Below are positions 18,662-28,058 of a DNA stretch of 64,000 nucleotides, in pieces. The position numbers were made by a program, and so were the translations under genes. How positions within the stretch are numbered: position 1 is the first letter of the stretch; the number at the start of each line of letters is the position of its first letter. Source of the stretch: a virus (lineage: Duplodnaviria > Heunggongvirae > Uroviricota > Caudoviricetes); IMG/VR virus record IMGVR_UViG_3300028840_008153, positions 99,143 through 163,142 of that record; one strand, given 5' to 3'. The notes below the pieces were generated by a model that was given only the letters and a program-made list of their open reading frames with translations, did not search any database and had not been told where the DNA came from.

Positions 18662-19604
18662 GCCTTTGCATCTCCATTAACGCCTCTTCCTCGATGACCG
18701 CATGAACGCCGGCCTGATCGTAAGCACAGGCGCCGCATGCGTTGGCAAAGCGCAGGGCCGGTACAAGGTCCTCCCCGCCCGCCAGTTTGAAAGCCAGTCC
18801 CGCCAGGAACGAATCGCCGCAGCCCGTGGGATCGCCCATCTCCCGGGCGCGTACGGGGATGCTGTAGCGCTGGTCGTAGAACCAGCCGTCCCCGTCCTTG
18901 TGCCAGTAGCCGTAGCAGCCGCGCGCCCCGGCGGTAACCACTACCAGGCGGGACAGCGCCCCGCCCGGCGCCGGGGTCCTTGCGCCGTGTACGCCACCGG
19001 CAGCGTGGAACTCACTCATGTTGGGCGTGAGAATGTCCACGTCGCCGTAGCGGGAGAAGTCCTTGCCCTTGGGGTCCACGATCACGCCCCACTCGCAGGT
19101 GCGGTGTTCGCACGCCCGCAGCCGGGACATCAACTGGGACGTCACGATGCCCTTGCCGTAATCGGAGACCACGATCATGTCCACCTTCGGGCCTTTCTCG
19201 ATCTCCTTGAGAAAGATGTCCACCTCTTCGGGCTCGGCGTTCTGCAGTCTTTCCTGGTCCACACGAACGATATGACGCCCCCGCTTCGTGAGGTAGCGGG
19301 TCTTCATGGTGGTCTGGCGCCGGTTCCGTTTCACGAAAACGACCTCGGTGTCGGGCGCGCGGGTGATCTTCTGGCTGAGCGTTCCGGCCTCTTCATCCGT
19401 GCCCGTGGCACTGAGCAGCAGCACGCGCGCTCCGAGCGACACGAGGTTGTTGGCCACGTTCGCAGCGCCGCCGGCCTTCATCTCCGTTCCAATGGGACGG
19501 ATCTTCAGGGCGGTTTCGTCCTCCGGGGAGATGCCGACCACCTCGCATGTCACGTGGCGGTCGAGCATCACATCCCCGACAACGACTACGAACGGGCGGT
19601 GCAT
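18606..19604 (-). CDS. D-glycero-beta-D-manno-heptose-7-phosphate kinase-like (PfkB family, RfaE/HldE domain I)
   Basis: Real start MHRPFVVVVGDVMLDRHV...ISPEDE...GGAANVANNLVSLGA... matches the HldE kinase-domain N-terminus. C-terminal DPTGCGDSF is the PfkB anion hole. The upstream 120 codons of track ORF 18606..19964 are Arg-rich read-through. TGATG overlap with the upstream gene. Confidence 0.7.
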   Translation of the reverse strand: MHRPFVVVVGDVMLDRHVTCEVVGISPEDETALKIRPIGTEMKAGGAANVANNLVSLGARVLLLSATGTDEEAGTLSQKITRAPDTEVVFVKRNRRQTTMKTRYLTKRGRHIVRVDQERLQNAEPEEVDIFLKEIEKGPKVDMIVVSDYGKGIVTSQLMSRLRACEHRTCEWGVIVDPKGKDFSRYGDVDILTPNMSEFHAAGGVHGARTPAPGGALSRLVVVTAGARGCYGYWHKDGDGWFYDQRYSIPVRAREMGDPTGCGDSFLAGLAFKLAGGEDLVPALRFANACGACAYDQAGVHAVIEEEALMEMQRHEDETDSTFRSRGGERQV

Positions 19605-20206
19605 CACATGTTCTCCACGATCCCCAGCGCGGCGTTGCCCAGCACCTGAACCTCCTCCTCGGGAGGCATCACCTCGAACTCCACGTACCGGCTGAGCTGC
19701 TCGACGTTCTTGGTCGTGGCGTTCATGTTCTTCGGGCGCATCAGTCCCTTCATGCCGGAGACGGTGAACACGTCCAGCGCCTCGGCCACGGCCATGTTCT
19801 TGGACTGCAGGGCCAGCGGGTCCAGCACGGGCACCAGCCAGTGCCGCGTCACGTAGAAGCGGCGCTTGGCCCGGTTGCAGAACTGCTGGGCGTGCATCCA
19901 CTGCCTGAACCAGGGAAAGCTCTCGCTGTCCATGATGTTCAGGACGAAGTTCCACACGTTGCACTGGCCAATCACGGGCTCCTCGAAGTAGACGTGTATC
20001 CCACGCGTCTCCTTGGGCTTGCCCTTCATGTGGTCCTCGGCCCCGAAGGCACGCATGAGATCCGTGTTAACCTCCGCGTACTCGTAGACGGGGCCCAAGG
20101 CGAAGAGAACGTAGCCGTCCCGACGGAGTTCCTCCATCGAGGCGGCTGCGTCCGTCTTGGGGTCCTTGAGTGGACTGAAATCAGAAGGAAGTTCGGGTCC
20201 GTCCAT
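19604..20206 (-). CDS. Hypothetical protein (about 200 aa)
   Basis: Trimmed to the MMDGPELPSDF start that overlaps the upstream stop. Confidence 0.4.
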   Translation of the reverse strand: MDGPELPSDFSPLKDPKTDAAASMEELRRDGYVLFALGPVYEYAEVNTDLMRAFGAEDHMKGKPKETRGIHVYFEEPVIGQCNVWNFVLNIMDSESFPWFRQWMHAQQFCNRAKRRFYVTRHWLVPVLDPLALQSKNMAVAEALDVFTVSGMKGLMRPKNMNATTKNVEQLSRYVEFEVMPPEEEVQVLGNAALGIVENM

Positions 20207-20811
20207 CATTCCCCCAGTAACATTGCCACGCCCATGGACAGCCTGGCCCAATCCGCTGCGGTCGCGCCCTTCGCCCCGGGGAAAGCCATATTGAGCGGTT
20301 TCTGAAGCCGAGCCAACACCAACAGCGGGTCACAGTTCTCCTCGGCCGTCGAGCTGACGAGCAGGTCGATCGGATCGAAGATCTTGGGCGCGTTCTTCGG
20401 GTCCTCGTAGATCAACGGGAAGTGCGTCATTCTGGACGTGATGATCCAGTTGCATGCTCCCAGTGTGGCGTTCCTGTCGATGTACTCCATTCGGGACAGC
20501 ACGGCCATAATGCCGGCACGCACCACGAAGATGCGTTTGTAGTTGGACAGGATCGTCAGCACGGGGCGACCGGGCCAGCCCGCTGCTCCCTTGTCCGAGA
20601 TATGGCCCTCAAGCTCGAACAGGTGGAAACCGGTGATCTTGCCGGTCAGCGGCTTGTCTTTGGCCTCAACGGCCTGCTTCTCCACGGCCTTGTTCATCCA
20701 ATCCTGTATCTTCACAGGATCTTTGTAGCTGGCGGGGGGAGTGGGCGTGGGACAGTAGCTCTCCCAATCCTCCCGTGTGTCTGTCGTGAAACCAACGTAA
20801 GCGGTTTTCAC
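20206..20811 (-). CDS. Hypothetical protein (201 aa)
   Basis: ORF in an overlapping operon. Confidence 0.45.
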   Translation of the reverse strand: MKTAYVGFTTDTREDWESYCPTPTPPASYKDPVKIQDWMNKAVEKQAVEAKDKPLTGKITGFHLFELEGHISDKGAAGWPGRPVLTILSNYKRIFVVRAGIMAVLSRMEYIDRNATLGACNWIITSRMTHFPLIYEDPKNAPKIFDPIDLLVSSTAEENCDPLLVLARLQKPLNMAFPGAKGATAADWARLSMGVAMLLGE

Positions 20812-21950
20812 TTCTTTTCCTCCTGGCCAACGGCAATGGTGTCGCTGCCAATGACCATGTGTGGCTTTTCATCAAGGACGGTGAGCGCCACCGCACAGCG
20901 GGGCAGGTCACCGTAGATCTTCTCGTCGAAGTCTTCGCTGACATCGCCCAGGATGACAGCGACCTGGTTTTCGTAGGCCCACTGATACAAACGCGCGGTG
21001 GCCTTGATCTTGACGTGCCGTTTGTCGCGCAGCCGCTCGTCCGTCTCCCACAGCTTGTCGGCATCCTCGACCAGGAGCATCACGGCATGCTCCTTGTCCA
21101 CGACCGGCTGCAGCACCTCTTCGAGATGCTTCATGTTCTCGGCCTTGCCGACCCACCATTTGGCGGCCATGACCGTGGGGTTACGCGGCTGATCGGGCTT
21201 CTCCTCGGTGCTGAGGTAGAAGGGATGCCCGAAGTTCTCCTTCATGTGGTGCATGGCGCACAACTGCAGGGCCCCACGCACCGCCTCCTTCTTGCCGTGC
21301 AGCACGATCATGTTGCCGATGTTGAAGGGCTTCTCCTCGAACAGCGCCCGCAGCGAGTGACACGGAAGGGCGATGCCCTTCTTCCCGACTCGCTTCTCGA
21401 TCTGCCTGATCTTGGCGTTCCGCTTCTTCTTCTCGGCGGCGTAGTGGGCAATGCGGTCCTGCAGGAACGGCATGCAGGTATTGAGGAGCTTGCCGCGCAG
21501 CGTGCCCACGTCAAAACCCTGCGACATGGCCGAAGCCCGCAGGTGATCGGACAGCTGCTGGATCAGCTCGTTGTTCAGCTCCTCCACGGTCATCAGCTCG
21601 TTCATGGCCCAGTAGAGCAGCTGCCATGAGGCGTGGATCGTGGTGGCGCACAGCGTAGCACGCGGGTCCTTCTCCATGATCTCGGAGAGTTTCTTGGCGT
21701 TGGCTTCGATGCGGGCCTTGACTTCTTTCTGGCGCTGGAGGGCCTGCTTCTCCAGCGCTTCCTGGTCATCTTCCCCCGGTGGCTTGACGGCTTTCTCCGT
21801 GTTAATGGGTTTGCCGTCCTCTCCCAGGATGGGAGAGTCGCCTGCCTCCTCCTTGAGCTTCTTTATCTTGTCGAGCATGCCCAGCCCTTCGGCCTGGACG
21901 GCCCGCTCAAGCGGAGTGAGTTCTTCCGGGGGGATCTGACCAGCCAGCAT
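20808..21950 (-). CDS. Hypothetical protein (380 aa), largely alpha-helical
   Basis: ORF with ATGA overlap to the downstream gene. Confidence 0.45.
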   Translation of the reverse strand: MLAGQIPPEELTPLERAVQAEGLGMLDKIKKLKEEAGDSPILGEDGKPINTEKAVKPPGEDDQEALEKQALQRQKEVKARIEANAKKLSEIMEKDPRATLCATTIHASWQLLYWAMNELMTVEELNNELIQQLSDHLRASAMSQGFDVGTLRGKLLNTCMPFLQDRIAHYAAEKKKRNAKIRQIEKRVGKKGIALPCHSLRALFEEKPFNIGNMIVLHGKKEAVRGALQLCAMHHMKENFGHPFYLSTEEKPDQPRNPTVMAAKWWVGKAENMKHLEEVLQPVVDKEHAVMLLVEDADKLWETDERLRDKRHVKIKATARLYQWAYENQVAVILGDVSEDFDEKIYGDLPRCAVALTVLDEKPHMVIGSDTIAVGQEEKK

Positions 21951-21953
21951 GAT

Positions 21954-22436
21954 TTACTCCTTCACCAGGTCGGTTTCAATCTTATTCTCCGTCACGACGT
22001 CCAAAAGCCAGAGGGCGTCGGCCTGGTTGTCGTCCTTGATGTCCTGCTCCGGCCATTTGGCCCTGGCCGCAGCAAGAACCAGCTCCTTCTTCGCGTTGCC
22101 CTTTCCAGTGGCGCGCTTCTTGATCGTGCCCACCGGGATGCCCTGGTACGGAATGGCGTTGTCCTCGCAGAACGAGGTCAGCACGGCCACGATGCCGCCG
22201 TAGATGTGTGCCGCGTCAACGCCCTTGTGGTTTCGCACCTCCTCGAAGTAGACCTCCTTGAACTGCGAGAGGGTGTGCGCCTCCTCGATCTTCTTCTTCA
22301 GCCGAAGGAAGCGCATCCCGCCTCCCTCGAACCGCCCGCCCTTGAGATTCCACGTCCCTGAAACCAGCGTACCGGAGCGGTCGCGTATGGCGAAGCCGCA
22401 CTTGGTTCCGGGGTCTATGGCGAGAATTGCATTCAC
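21954..22436 (-). CDS. RuvC-like Holliday-junction resolvase
   Basis: MNAILAIDPGTKCGFAI (RuvC motif I) ... DQADALWL (catalytic Asp). Confidence 0.7.
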   Translation of the reverse strand: MNAILAIDPGTKCGFAIRDRSGTLVSGTWNLKGGRFEGGGMRFLRLKKKIEEAHTLSQFKEVYFEEVRNHKGVDAAHIYGGIVAVLTSFCEDNAIPYQGIPVGTIKKRATGKGNAKKELVLAAARAKWPEQDIKDDNQADALWLLDVVTENKIETDLVKE

Positions 22437-22437
22437 G

Positions 22438-22737
22438 TTAACCTCTTTCGTTTATGACAGCGGCCACTAACTGATGCCACTTCAACCATTTGGCCCGAGA
22501 ATGCTCCGCGCGCTTCAACCATACACGCGTCCGTTCCAGCTGCCCCTCGTAGCTTTCTCGTGTTCCTTGTTCCAAAAGAGAAAGGTTATCACTCGTAGTC
22601 TTCAGTCTCTTGGTTGCCTTTTCTAGGTTCGCCGCACAGTGCTCAAGAAGCGTTTTCCAACTGGGCTCCCTTCCAGCCTCTTTACCGCACTGAGGGCAGA
22701 AAGGAGAAGTAAGTTCATTTCCACAACACTCAGTCAT
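22438..22737 (-). CDS. Zinc-ribbon protein (about 99 aa)
   Basis: MTECCGNELTSPFCPQCGKEAG...; the N-terminal 49 codons of the track ORF are Arg-rich. Confidence 0.4.
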   Translation of the reverse strand: MTECCGNELTSPFCPQCGKEAGREPSWKTLLEHCAANLEKATKRLKTTSDNLSLLEQGTRESYEGQLERTRVWLKRAEHSRAKWLKWHQLVAAVINERG

Positions 22738-22908
22738 GACTTGTCCCTCGGTTCGATCTTCATAGGAGGCACCTTGCTTTGCATGTCCTCCAACTCCGCG
22801 CGCACGCCAAGATCGTCGGCGAGCCTGAACATGGTACTGACCACCAGGGGGTCGCACTTCCCGGGCGACTTGAAGTCCCTCCAAAGAATGAGAGCGAGAG
22901 CCACTTCC

Positions 22909-23601
22909 TCACGCCACGCCTGGGTTCTCTCGGGCACCGCGCAATCGCTCCAATAGATAATGAGTGAGCAAACAGTCGACCGCCGCGTCGTGCGCGGCGT
23001 CCTTGTCGATGCCCGAAAGCTCCTTGAGCTTGTACTGGGCGTAGCAGTAACGGTCCAACGACCAGTAGACGCCCCTGGCCCTGACATTGCTGACCCACTT
23101 GCCGAAGCTGCGAAGCGTGTCATTGAGACGGAAGGTCATGCCCAACTGGATGGCTTTGACCAGCATCCCGGTATCGAGGATCTCGTTCTCCCCGAACTTG
23201 AAGGGGCGCTCGGCTCGACCGCACTCCCGCTCGAACAGCGGAGCGTCGAAGGCCATCATGTTGTGGCCCACGAACATGGCGCCGGCCTTCTGCCAATCCT
23301 CGAACAGCTCCACGATCCTGTGGACGATCTCCTTGAACGGCACGCCCTCGGCCATGGTCTTCTTCACGTCGATGCCATGGACCTTGAAGGCACCCTCGGG
23401 GATGTTCAGATCAGGACCGTGATTGACGAGGAAGCTGTAGCTCTTCAGGACCTTGCGGCCCTCCACGTGACAGAACCCGTACTGCAGGATGCGGCTTGAG
23501 CCGATCTGGGTTCCATTCGTCTCCGTGTCGAACACCATGTAGGTGTCAGGGAGCTTGGCCCTAGGGCAGCGCTTCGCCATTTCCGTCAGCAGTCGGTCCA
23601 T
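22909..23601 (-). CDS. DEDDh 3'-5' exonuclease (DnaQ/epsilon-like)
   Basis: MVFDTETNG (Exo I), HNMMAFDAPLF (Exo II), HDAAVDC (Exo III); real start MDRLLTEM. Confidence 0.7.
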   Translation of the reverse strand: MDRLLTEMAKRCPRAKLPDTYMVFDTETNGTQIGSSRILQYGFCHVEGRKVLKSYSFLVNHGPDLNIPEGAFKVHGIDVKKTMAEGVPFKEIVHRIVELFEDWQKAGAMFVGHNMMAFDAPLFERECGRAERPFKFGENEILDTGMLVKAIQLGMTFRLNDTLRSFGKWVSNVRARGVYWSLDRYCYAQYKLKELSGIDKDAAHDAAVDCLLTHYLLERLRGARENPGVA

Positions 23602-23611
23602 GACCAGCCTC

Positions 23612-24031
23612 TCAGTCTCGCTTGGTGAAAAACTTCTCGATCTCGTCGAGGTCGTATGTGGGCAAATCAACATCAGTCCGGGTCTTTGGCCTCGCGTCCG
23701 CCGCCCACGACCACAGCTGCCCCAGCAGCGTGGTGGTGAGCGCTTCACAGATCAGAAGCGACGCCGGCTTGTGGGTGGTCACCCAATCCCGAATCGCCGC
23801 CCTGCTCAGTTCCTTATTGGGGTGGTTCCCGTCCAGAATCGCCGTGGTGAGTTGACCCAGCGCGCCTGCAGCCTCAATCAGCTGCTCACGCTTGACGTGC
23901 TGGTCTCCTTCGAACTCGTCGAAAGATTCCAGCGCGACCTTGATGGCGCGCGGCAGCGCATACACCAGGTCCCGTTCGGGCGCGTAGAAGCGCCGATCGT
24001 GCCCGTCCCGTTGGCGAATCTGGATCGTCAT
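23612..24031 (-). CDS. Hypothetical protein (about 139 aa)
   Basis: Trimmed to MTIQIRQRD...; ATGA overlap with the upstream gene. Confidence 0.4.
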   Translation of the reverse strand: MTIQIRQRDGHDRRFYAPERDLVYALPRAIKVALESFDEFEGDQHVKREQLIEAAGALGQLTTAILDGNHPNKELSRAAIRDWVTTHKPASLLICEALTTTLLGQLWSWAADARPKTRTDVDLPTYDLDEIEKFFTKRD

Positions 24032-24924
24032 GTCGTCGTCTCCATCATGGCACGACGGCTGGCCTTGCGGCGTTCGCACAACACGCAGATCTTGCCCTTC
24101 GGCCACTGCTCGAAGAATGAGACCCGCTTGCACATCGGACACTCCACCTTGGCATAGGCCAGTGGGTGCGTCGCCAGTATGCAGCCGTTGTCGCCTCCGC
24201 TCTCGTAACCCCTGCTGCAATCGTTGCAGGGAAAATCATAGTTTGCCGGGCACTTCTTGCGTGGGCCGGCCTCTGGCACCTTGCGGTCATTCCTCAGCGT
24301 CCGGTTGTGCCGGATGATGCTGGACGCCGGATGTATCTCCTCCAGCCGGGCGCCTTTGGGGCTGAATTGAACCTCGCCCACCAGACACGCCTGCACCAGT
24401 TCACCGGGATACACCTTCTTGTAACGTGGCCAGCCTATTTCCTTTGCAAGAACGCCCGTGGCGTACTTGTAAGGCACCTGCTGACTGAAGGATAGCCCGG
24501 CAAAGCTGCCGCTCAAGATACGAAAGAACAGTAGCAGACTGGACTTACCGCTTCGCAGGGGCCGGCCGTTGCAACACTGCTCGATCTGCAGGCCCACCCA
24601 CTCCTTGGCGTCGCATTTGACGGTGTTCATGGGCTGCGATCCCGAGCGGAAATTCTCGTAATTCGCTGCCACACGCCAGTTTATGCTTCTCATGCGCATG
24701 CGATCGATCCAAGCGTTGCAGTGCATCGCCACAGCCAGCGACACTATCGTCCCGTGTTGCTTCTTCAACTTCAGGGCGTAGATGGCCGCCTGCACGTATT
24801 CGTTCATCATCTGCGGTGTGAAGCGCTCGTCGGACAGGAGCACCTGGTTGGCGCCCTCGCTGACGAGGATGTACCTCCGCAGCACGGGATTGACCGAAAA
24901 CTTGAACTGCTTAGGTGGCGGCAT
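24028..24924 (-). CDS. Hypothetical protein (298 aa) with a Cys-rich C-terminus; weak rolling-circle-Rep-like motifs
   Basis: VAMHCNAW and VPYKYATGV resemble HUH/Y motifs only loosely. The C-terminus has several CxxC pairs. Confidence 0.45.
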   Translation of the reverse strand: MPPPKQFKFSVNPVLRRYILVSEGANQVLLSDERFTPQMMNEYVQAAIYALKLKKQHGTIVSLAVAMHCNAWIDRMRMRSINWRVAANYENFRSGSQPMNTVKCDAKEWVGLQIEQCCNGRPLRSGKSSLLLFFRILSGSFAGLSFSQQVPYKYATGVLAKEIGWPRYKKVYPGELVQACLVGEVQFSPKGARLEEIHPASSIIRHNRTLRNDRKVPEAGPRKKCPANYDFPCNDCSRGYESGGDNGCILATHPLAYAKVECPMCKRVSFFEQWPKGKICVLCERRKASRRAMMETTT

Positions 24925-25867
24925 TCGCCTTACTTCTCCTGTGCATTTGAATTATGCGATCGTGGAAGTCTTGAACAGTAGGCTTCCACGACGTATCTAT
25001 CTGAGGCAGAACAGTGAACTCCCCTCGTGCGGCCTCAAGCACAGCTTCTTCAAGCTCGTTGAGTCGCACCAGATGAGGAACGTAGATGTTCGGCAGCGAG
25101 GGGAGCGCATTGTGCACCATGGTGATCGGATGACAACCGTAGGCCAGAGCCTTAAGGATCTCCGTGGGGACCACGCCACCACGAAGGTCCGTGATGCGGG
25201 GGGCCGGCAGGAAGTATTTCAGCATGCTCCACTGTTGCGCGCCGTCCCCGGAGTAGGAAATGGCATAGTCTCTAACCCTTCCCGGCAGTCGATCCTTGTC
25301 CACACGATCGTGGTAGTAGACGGCCAGCTTGTCGTCCAGACCCGCACCTTTCAGCACCTTGGCGGCGTGGTCGACCAACGCGAAGTCACGGTCCAGTAGG
25401 TTGTTCAGCACTAACCCGATGTCCCGGCCGCGCTCCTCAGCCAACGGAAGCGTGGGCACGGGCCGCCAGCAGAAGCGCGACGGGATCATCGAGGTCATGT
25501 TCTTCAGGAAGGTCTGGCAGTTCGACACGAACGCGTCGATGCCAAGCTCCGGCAACGACAGCGTGTTCGAGTAGAGCGAGTAGACATCGTCAAACGTGAA
25601 GGAGGCGACAAGCACCCACGGTCTGCCGCCGATGCGAAGGCGGTGCGAGATGTAGGCATCCAGCGACTCCAGCACGACGACGATATCCGGCTGGTACTTC
25701 TCGGGGTCCAACTCGTCCAGCTGCTTCTGGGAGTCGCTGTCCACGAGCGTGGCCGTGGTCTGATCAACCTGCGTGGCCGGGAAGCAGGCCAGCAGTTCCT
25801 CGGCCAGCGTGTCTCCTACCCGCTCGCTTGAATACAGGATCAAAGTTTCCATACGGCCCATCCCCAT
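24911..25867 (-). CDS. Glycosyltransferase (GT-B, group-1-like)
   Basis: C-terminal GGVVPTEILKALAYGCHPI resembles the GT4 E..G...lEAmAcG.PvI motif. Confidence 0.45.
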   Translation of the reverse strand: MGMGRMETLILYSSERVGDTLAEELLACFPATQVDQTTATLVDSDSQKQLDELDPEKYQPDIVVVLESLDAYISHRLRIGGRPWVLVASFTFDDVYSLYSNTLSLPELGIDAFVSNCQTFLKNMTSMIPSRFCWRPVPTLPLAEERGRDIGLVLNNLLDRDFALVDHAAKVLKGAGLDDKLAVYYHDRVDKDRLPGRVRDYAISYSGDGAQQWSMLKYFLPAPRITDLRGGVVPTEILKALAYGCHPITMVHNALPSLPNIYVPHLVRLNELEEAVLEAARGEFTVLPQIDTSWKPTVQDFHDRIIQMHRRSKANAAT

Positions 25868-25943
25868 GGGTCAACTCTGTCAAAGTTCTAGCATACTATA
25901 TTGGTGGGACTGATACGGCAAGTGGAAATTTCGGAATCAATTC

Positions 25944-26993
25944 CTATTCCTCTTCCTCTTCTTCCTCCTCGTCTTCATATTCCTCCTCGTCCTCCTCCTC
26001 GGCCTGGAGCGCGGCCTTGTCCGGCTCCCACGGCTTGACGCCCCGCATGCTGCGGCGGTTGGCCTCGCAGGTCTGGCGAAGATTGACGATGATCTCACGG
26101 ATCTCCTTGTCCATGGGCATGAGAGGCAGTTGCTCACGATAGAGGGCCTTCAACACCTTCAGGTTCTTCATCTTGGAGAACATGATGAGCGCGCGCTCGG
26201 CACGAAAGTACATGGACCGCCGCAGCTCCGCGTCCTTCTCGTCCTTGCACTTCAGGATGAAGTCACGCAGCGCGATGGCCGCCGTGTCCGTGCTCTTGTC
26301 GTTGATCATGCCCGACGCCAGGATCTCGATGAACTCGTCGAGACGCTGCCGCTTGATCTTCCGACTGTAGTAACCGCGCACCAGCACGATGATCAGAGGA
26401 ACCTTGCGAAGCATGCTGCGGCCCTGCTGGCTCTCGTAGATCTTGTTCATGACATGGATGACGCCGTCCCGCAGCTTGTCGGCAATCGCCGTCAGCTCGT
26501 TGGGCGAGAGCTTCAGGTGAAGCCCGTAGCCGAATCGCGCGAAGCCGTTGACCACGCCGGCCTCCACGTTGGAGCGCACCCACTCGTACCCGGCCAGCTT
26601 CAGCACGTCGTAGGGCGAGCGCGGGACCACCTTGTCCACGTATGCCTGGTGCTCCAACGGCTCGTTGAAGGTCACCTGCATGCGGACGGTGCACCCGCTG
26701 TTGAAGATGGCCCAGAGACGGTTCTGCCCGTCCACCAGAACGGACTCGGGAGAGAAGGCGATGCCCTGGTGTGTCGTCTTCCAGTTGTTCTCTTTCATGT
26801 CCCGCTCGTAGCGAGCAATGTCGCCGGGTTTCAGCGACCGGTTGTGGGTATTGCCTTCCAGCCACTTGGCCGCCGTGTTCGGCGTGATCTTGAAGATGCG
26901 GGTCACCTGCTTGCCACCAAGAATGTTGGAGCGGTCGGCCTTGGCAAGCTGCTTCACGACTACACGGGCACACTTCGGAAGTTCGTTGGGCAT
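25944..26993 (-). CDS. ParB/sulfiredoxin-fold (DGQHR/DndB-like) protein with a poly-acidic C-terminal tail
   Basis: SVLVDGQNRLWAI matches the ParB-nuclease/DGQHR core; the C-terminus is EEEDEEEYEDEEEEEEEE. Confidence 0.55.
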   Translation of the reverse strand: MPNELPKCARVVVKQLAKADRSNILGGKQVTRIFKITPNTAAKWLEGNTHNRSLKPGDIARYERDMKENNWKTTHQGIAFSPESVLVDGQNRLWAIFNSGCTVRMQVTFNEPLEHQAYVDKVVPRSPYDVLKLAGYEWVRSNVEAGVVNGFARFGYGLHLKLSPNELTAIADKLRDGVIHVMNKIYESQQGRSMLRKVPLIIVLVRGYYSRKIKRQRLDEFIEILASGMINDKSTDTAAIALRDFILKCKDEKDAELRRSMYFRAERALIMFSKMKNLKVLKALYREQLPLMPMDKEIREIIVNLRQTCEANRRSMRGVKPWEPDKAALQAEEEDEEEYEDEEEEEEEE

Positions 26994-27007
26994 GGTGTTT
27001 CTCCAAA

Positions 27008-27042
27008 AGAAAGGGCGGCCCGAAGGCCGCCCTCTTTGATGC
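27008..27042 (-). terminator. Rho-independent terminator (minus strand)
   Basis: Minus strand reads GAGGGCGGCC-ttcg-GGCCGCCCT followed by TTCTTTTGG, just downstream of the 27056 stop. Confidence 0.5.
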
Positions 27043-27055
27043 GAAGCAAAAGTCT

Positions 27056-27643
27056 TTACTCTTCTTTGGGAGGCGGGCCGTCTCCGGTCAGCTCCCGGGC
27101 TTCCTGGATGAGACGATCCATCGCCTCGTCGTTTTGAAGGTCGCTACCGGCGTTGAATGACTTCTTCATCCGCGCGATCATGCTCACGAAACGCACGTAG
27201 TCCTCGCGCGGCCGGCGGGCCTGGAGCCTGCCGTACATGAGGACCTCAAAACGCTCCTTCAGCGCGTCCACGACACGCTGGGCCGTCTCGTAATCCCGGC
27301 AGCGTGCCAGCTCCGTGGCGCCGCACTGCCCCCCGCTCTCGCTGTCTTTCGGCGTCGGCCAGTAAAGAACCACCTGGTTCTTGATCTGCGTGAAGCCGGG
27401 CTCCACCTGTGGGTTGTCCACGAGGCTTTTGGTCACCGGCAGCTTCTCGGCCGTCACCGTCTCGCCGACCTCCAAGGAGGCAACCCCGCCCACAGTGGCG
27501 CCGGATTTCTCCTCCGTATGAGACCGCTCCGCGTGTTTGTGTAAACACGCGGTACACAACTTCTGCCGGACTTCCTGCTCCGGGCAGCGGGAGCAAACAG
27601 CAAGAGGCACGTCCTCAGCCCCACACCACGCACACCTTTCCAT
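27056..27643 (-). CDS. Zinc-binding protein (about 195 aa)
   Basis: MERCAWCGAEDVPLAVCSRCPEQEVRQKLCTACLHKH. Confidence 0.4.
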   Translation of the reverse strand: MERCAWCGAEDVPLAVCSRCPEQEVRQKLCTACLHKHAERSHTEEKSGATVGGVASLEVGETVTAEKLPVTKSLVDNPQVEPGFTQIKNQVVLYWPTPKDSESGGQCGATELARCRDYETAQRVVDALKERFEVLMYGRLQARRPREDYVRFVSMIARMKKSFNAGSDLQNDEAMDRLIQEARELTGDGPPPKEE

Positions 27644-27653
27644 TACACCCTCC

Positions 27654-28058
27654 TTATCTGACACGGTTCGTGAACCTCGTTTCGGCCCGGCTAACCTCGC
27701 CGCGTTCGGCACGAGCAAGTCGGGCTTCTGCAGCCTTCAGTTGTCGTTTAGCTTCCCGCTTCTCAGCGGCAAGCTCTCTCTCCTCACACTTCTTGTTGCG
27801 CTGTTTGACGCGCTTGCTCTCGTCGATGACCTCCGCTTCCTTGGCCTCGAAGCGGACGATGGTCGCAACCCCGTACTTGGGAAAGGCGTTGGCCCACCAC
27901 GTGACCTGGGCGCGTGCCTGCCCGATCTTCGTGTACACCCGGGCCTTCAAAATGTCCTTGGACCAGCTGTCGCTGTAACCGCCGTATCCCTTTCGATGAA
28001 GGTACTTGCCGTCACGGCTGCGCACGAGATAGAACTGCAAGGTGTCTCCTGCCATCAT
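27654..28058 (-). CDS. Hypothetical protein (134 aa) with a basic coiled-coil C-terminus
   Basis: ORF. Confidence 0.4.
   Translation of the reverse strand: MMAGDTLQFYLVRSRDGKYLHRKGYGGYSDSWSKDILKARVYTKIGQARAQVTWWANAFPKYGVATIVRFEAKEAEVIDESKRVKQRNKKCEERELAAEKREAKRQLKAAEARLARAERGEVSRAETRFTNRVR

Noticed and set aside
18606-19964. Arg/Gly-rich N-terminal 120 codons of the 452-aa track ORF (and analogous long N-terminal extensions at 10433..11353, 22909..23748, 29048..29938, 40957..42120, 63232..63963)
   Set aside because: These are read-through into the upstream gene in another frame. The real starts were placed at internal ATG/GTG codons with RBSs, usually overlapping the upstream stop (ATGA/TGATG).
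22734-23123. 129-aa ORF between the exonuclease and the Zn-ribbon gene
   Set aside because: Its N-terminal 71 codons lie inside the exonuclease gene and are Ser/Thr/Arg-rich. A short downstream remnant (about 22734..22904, GTG or ATG start) might be real, but the RBS is poor, so it was left out of the feature list.
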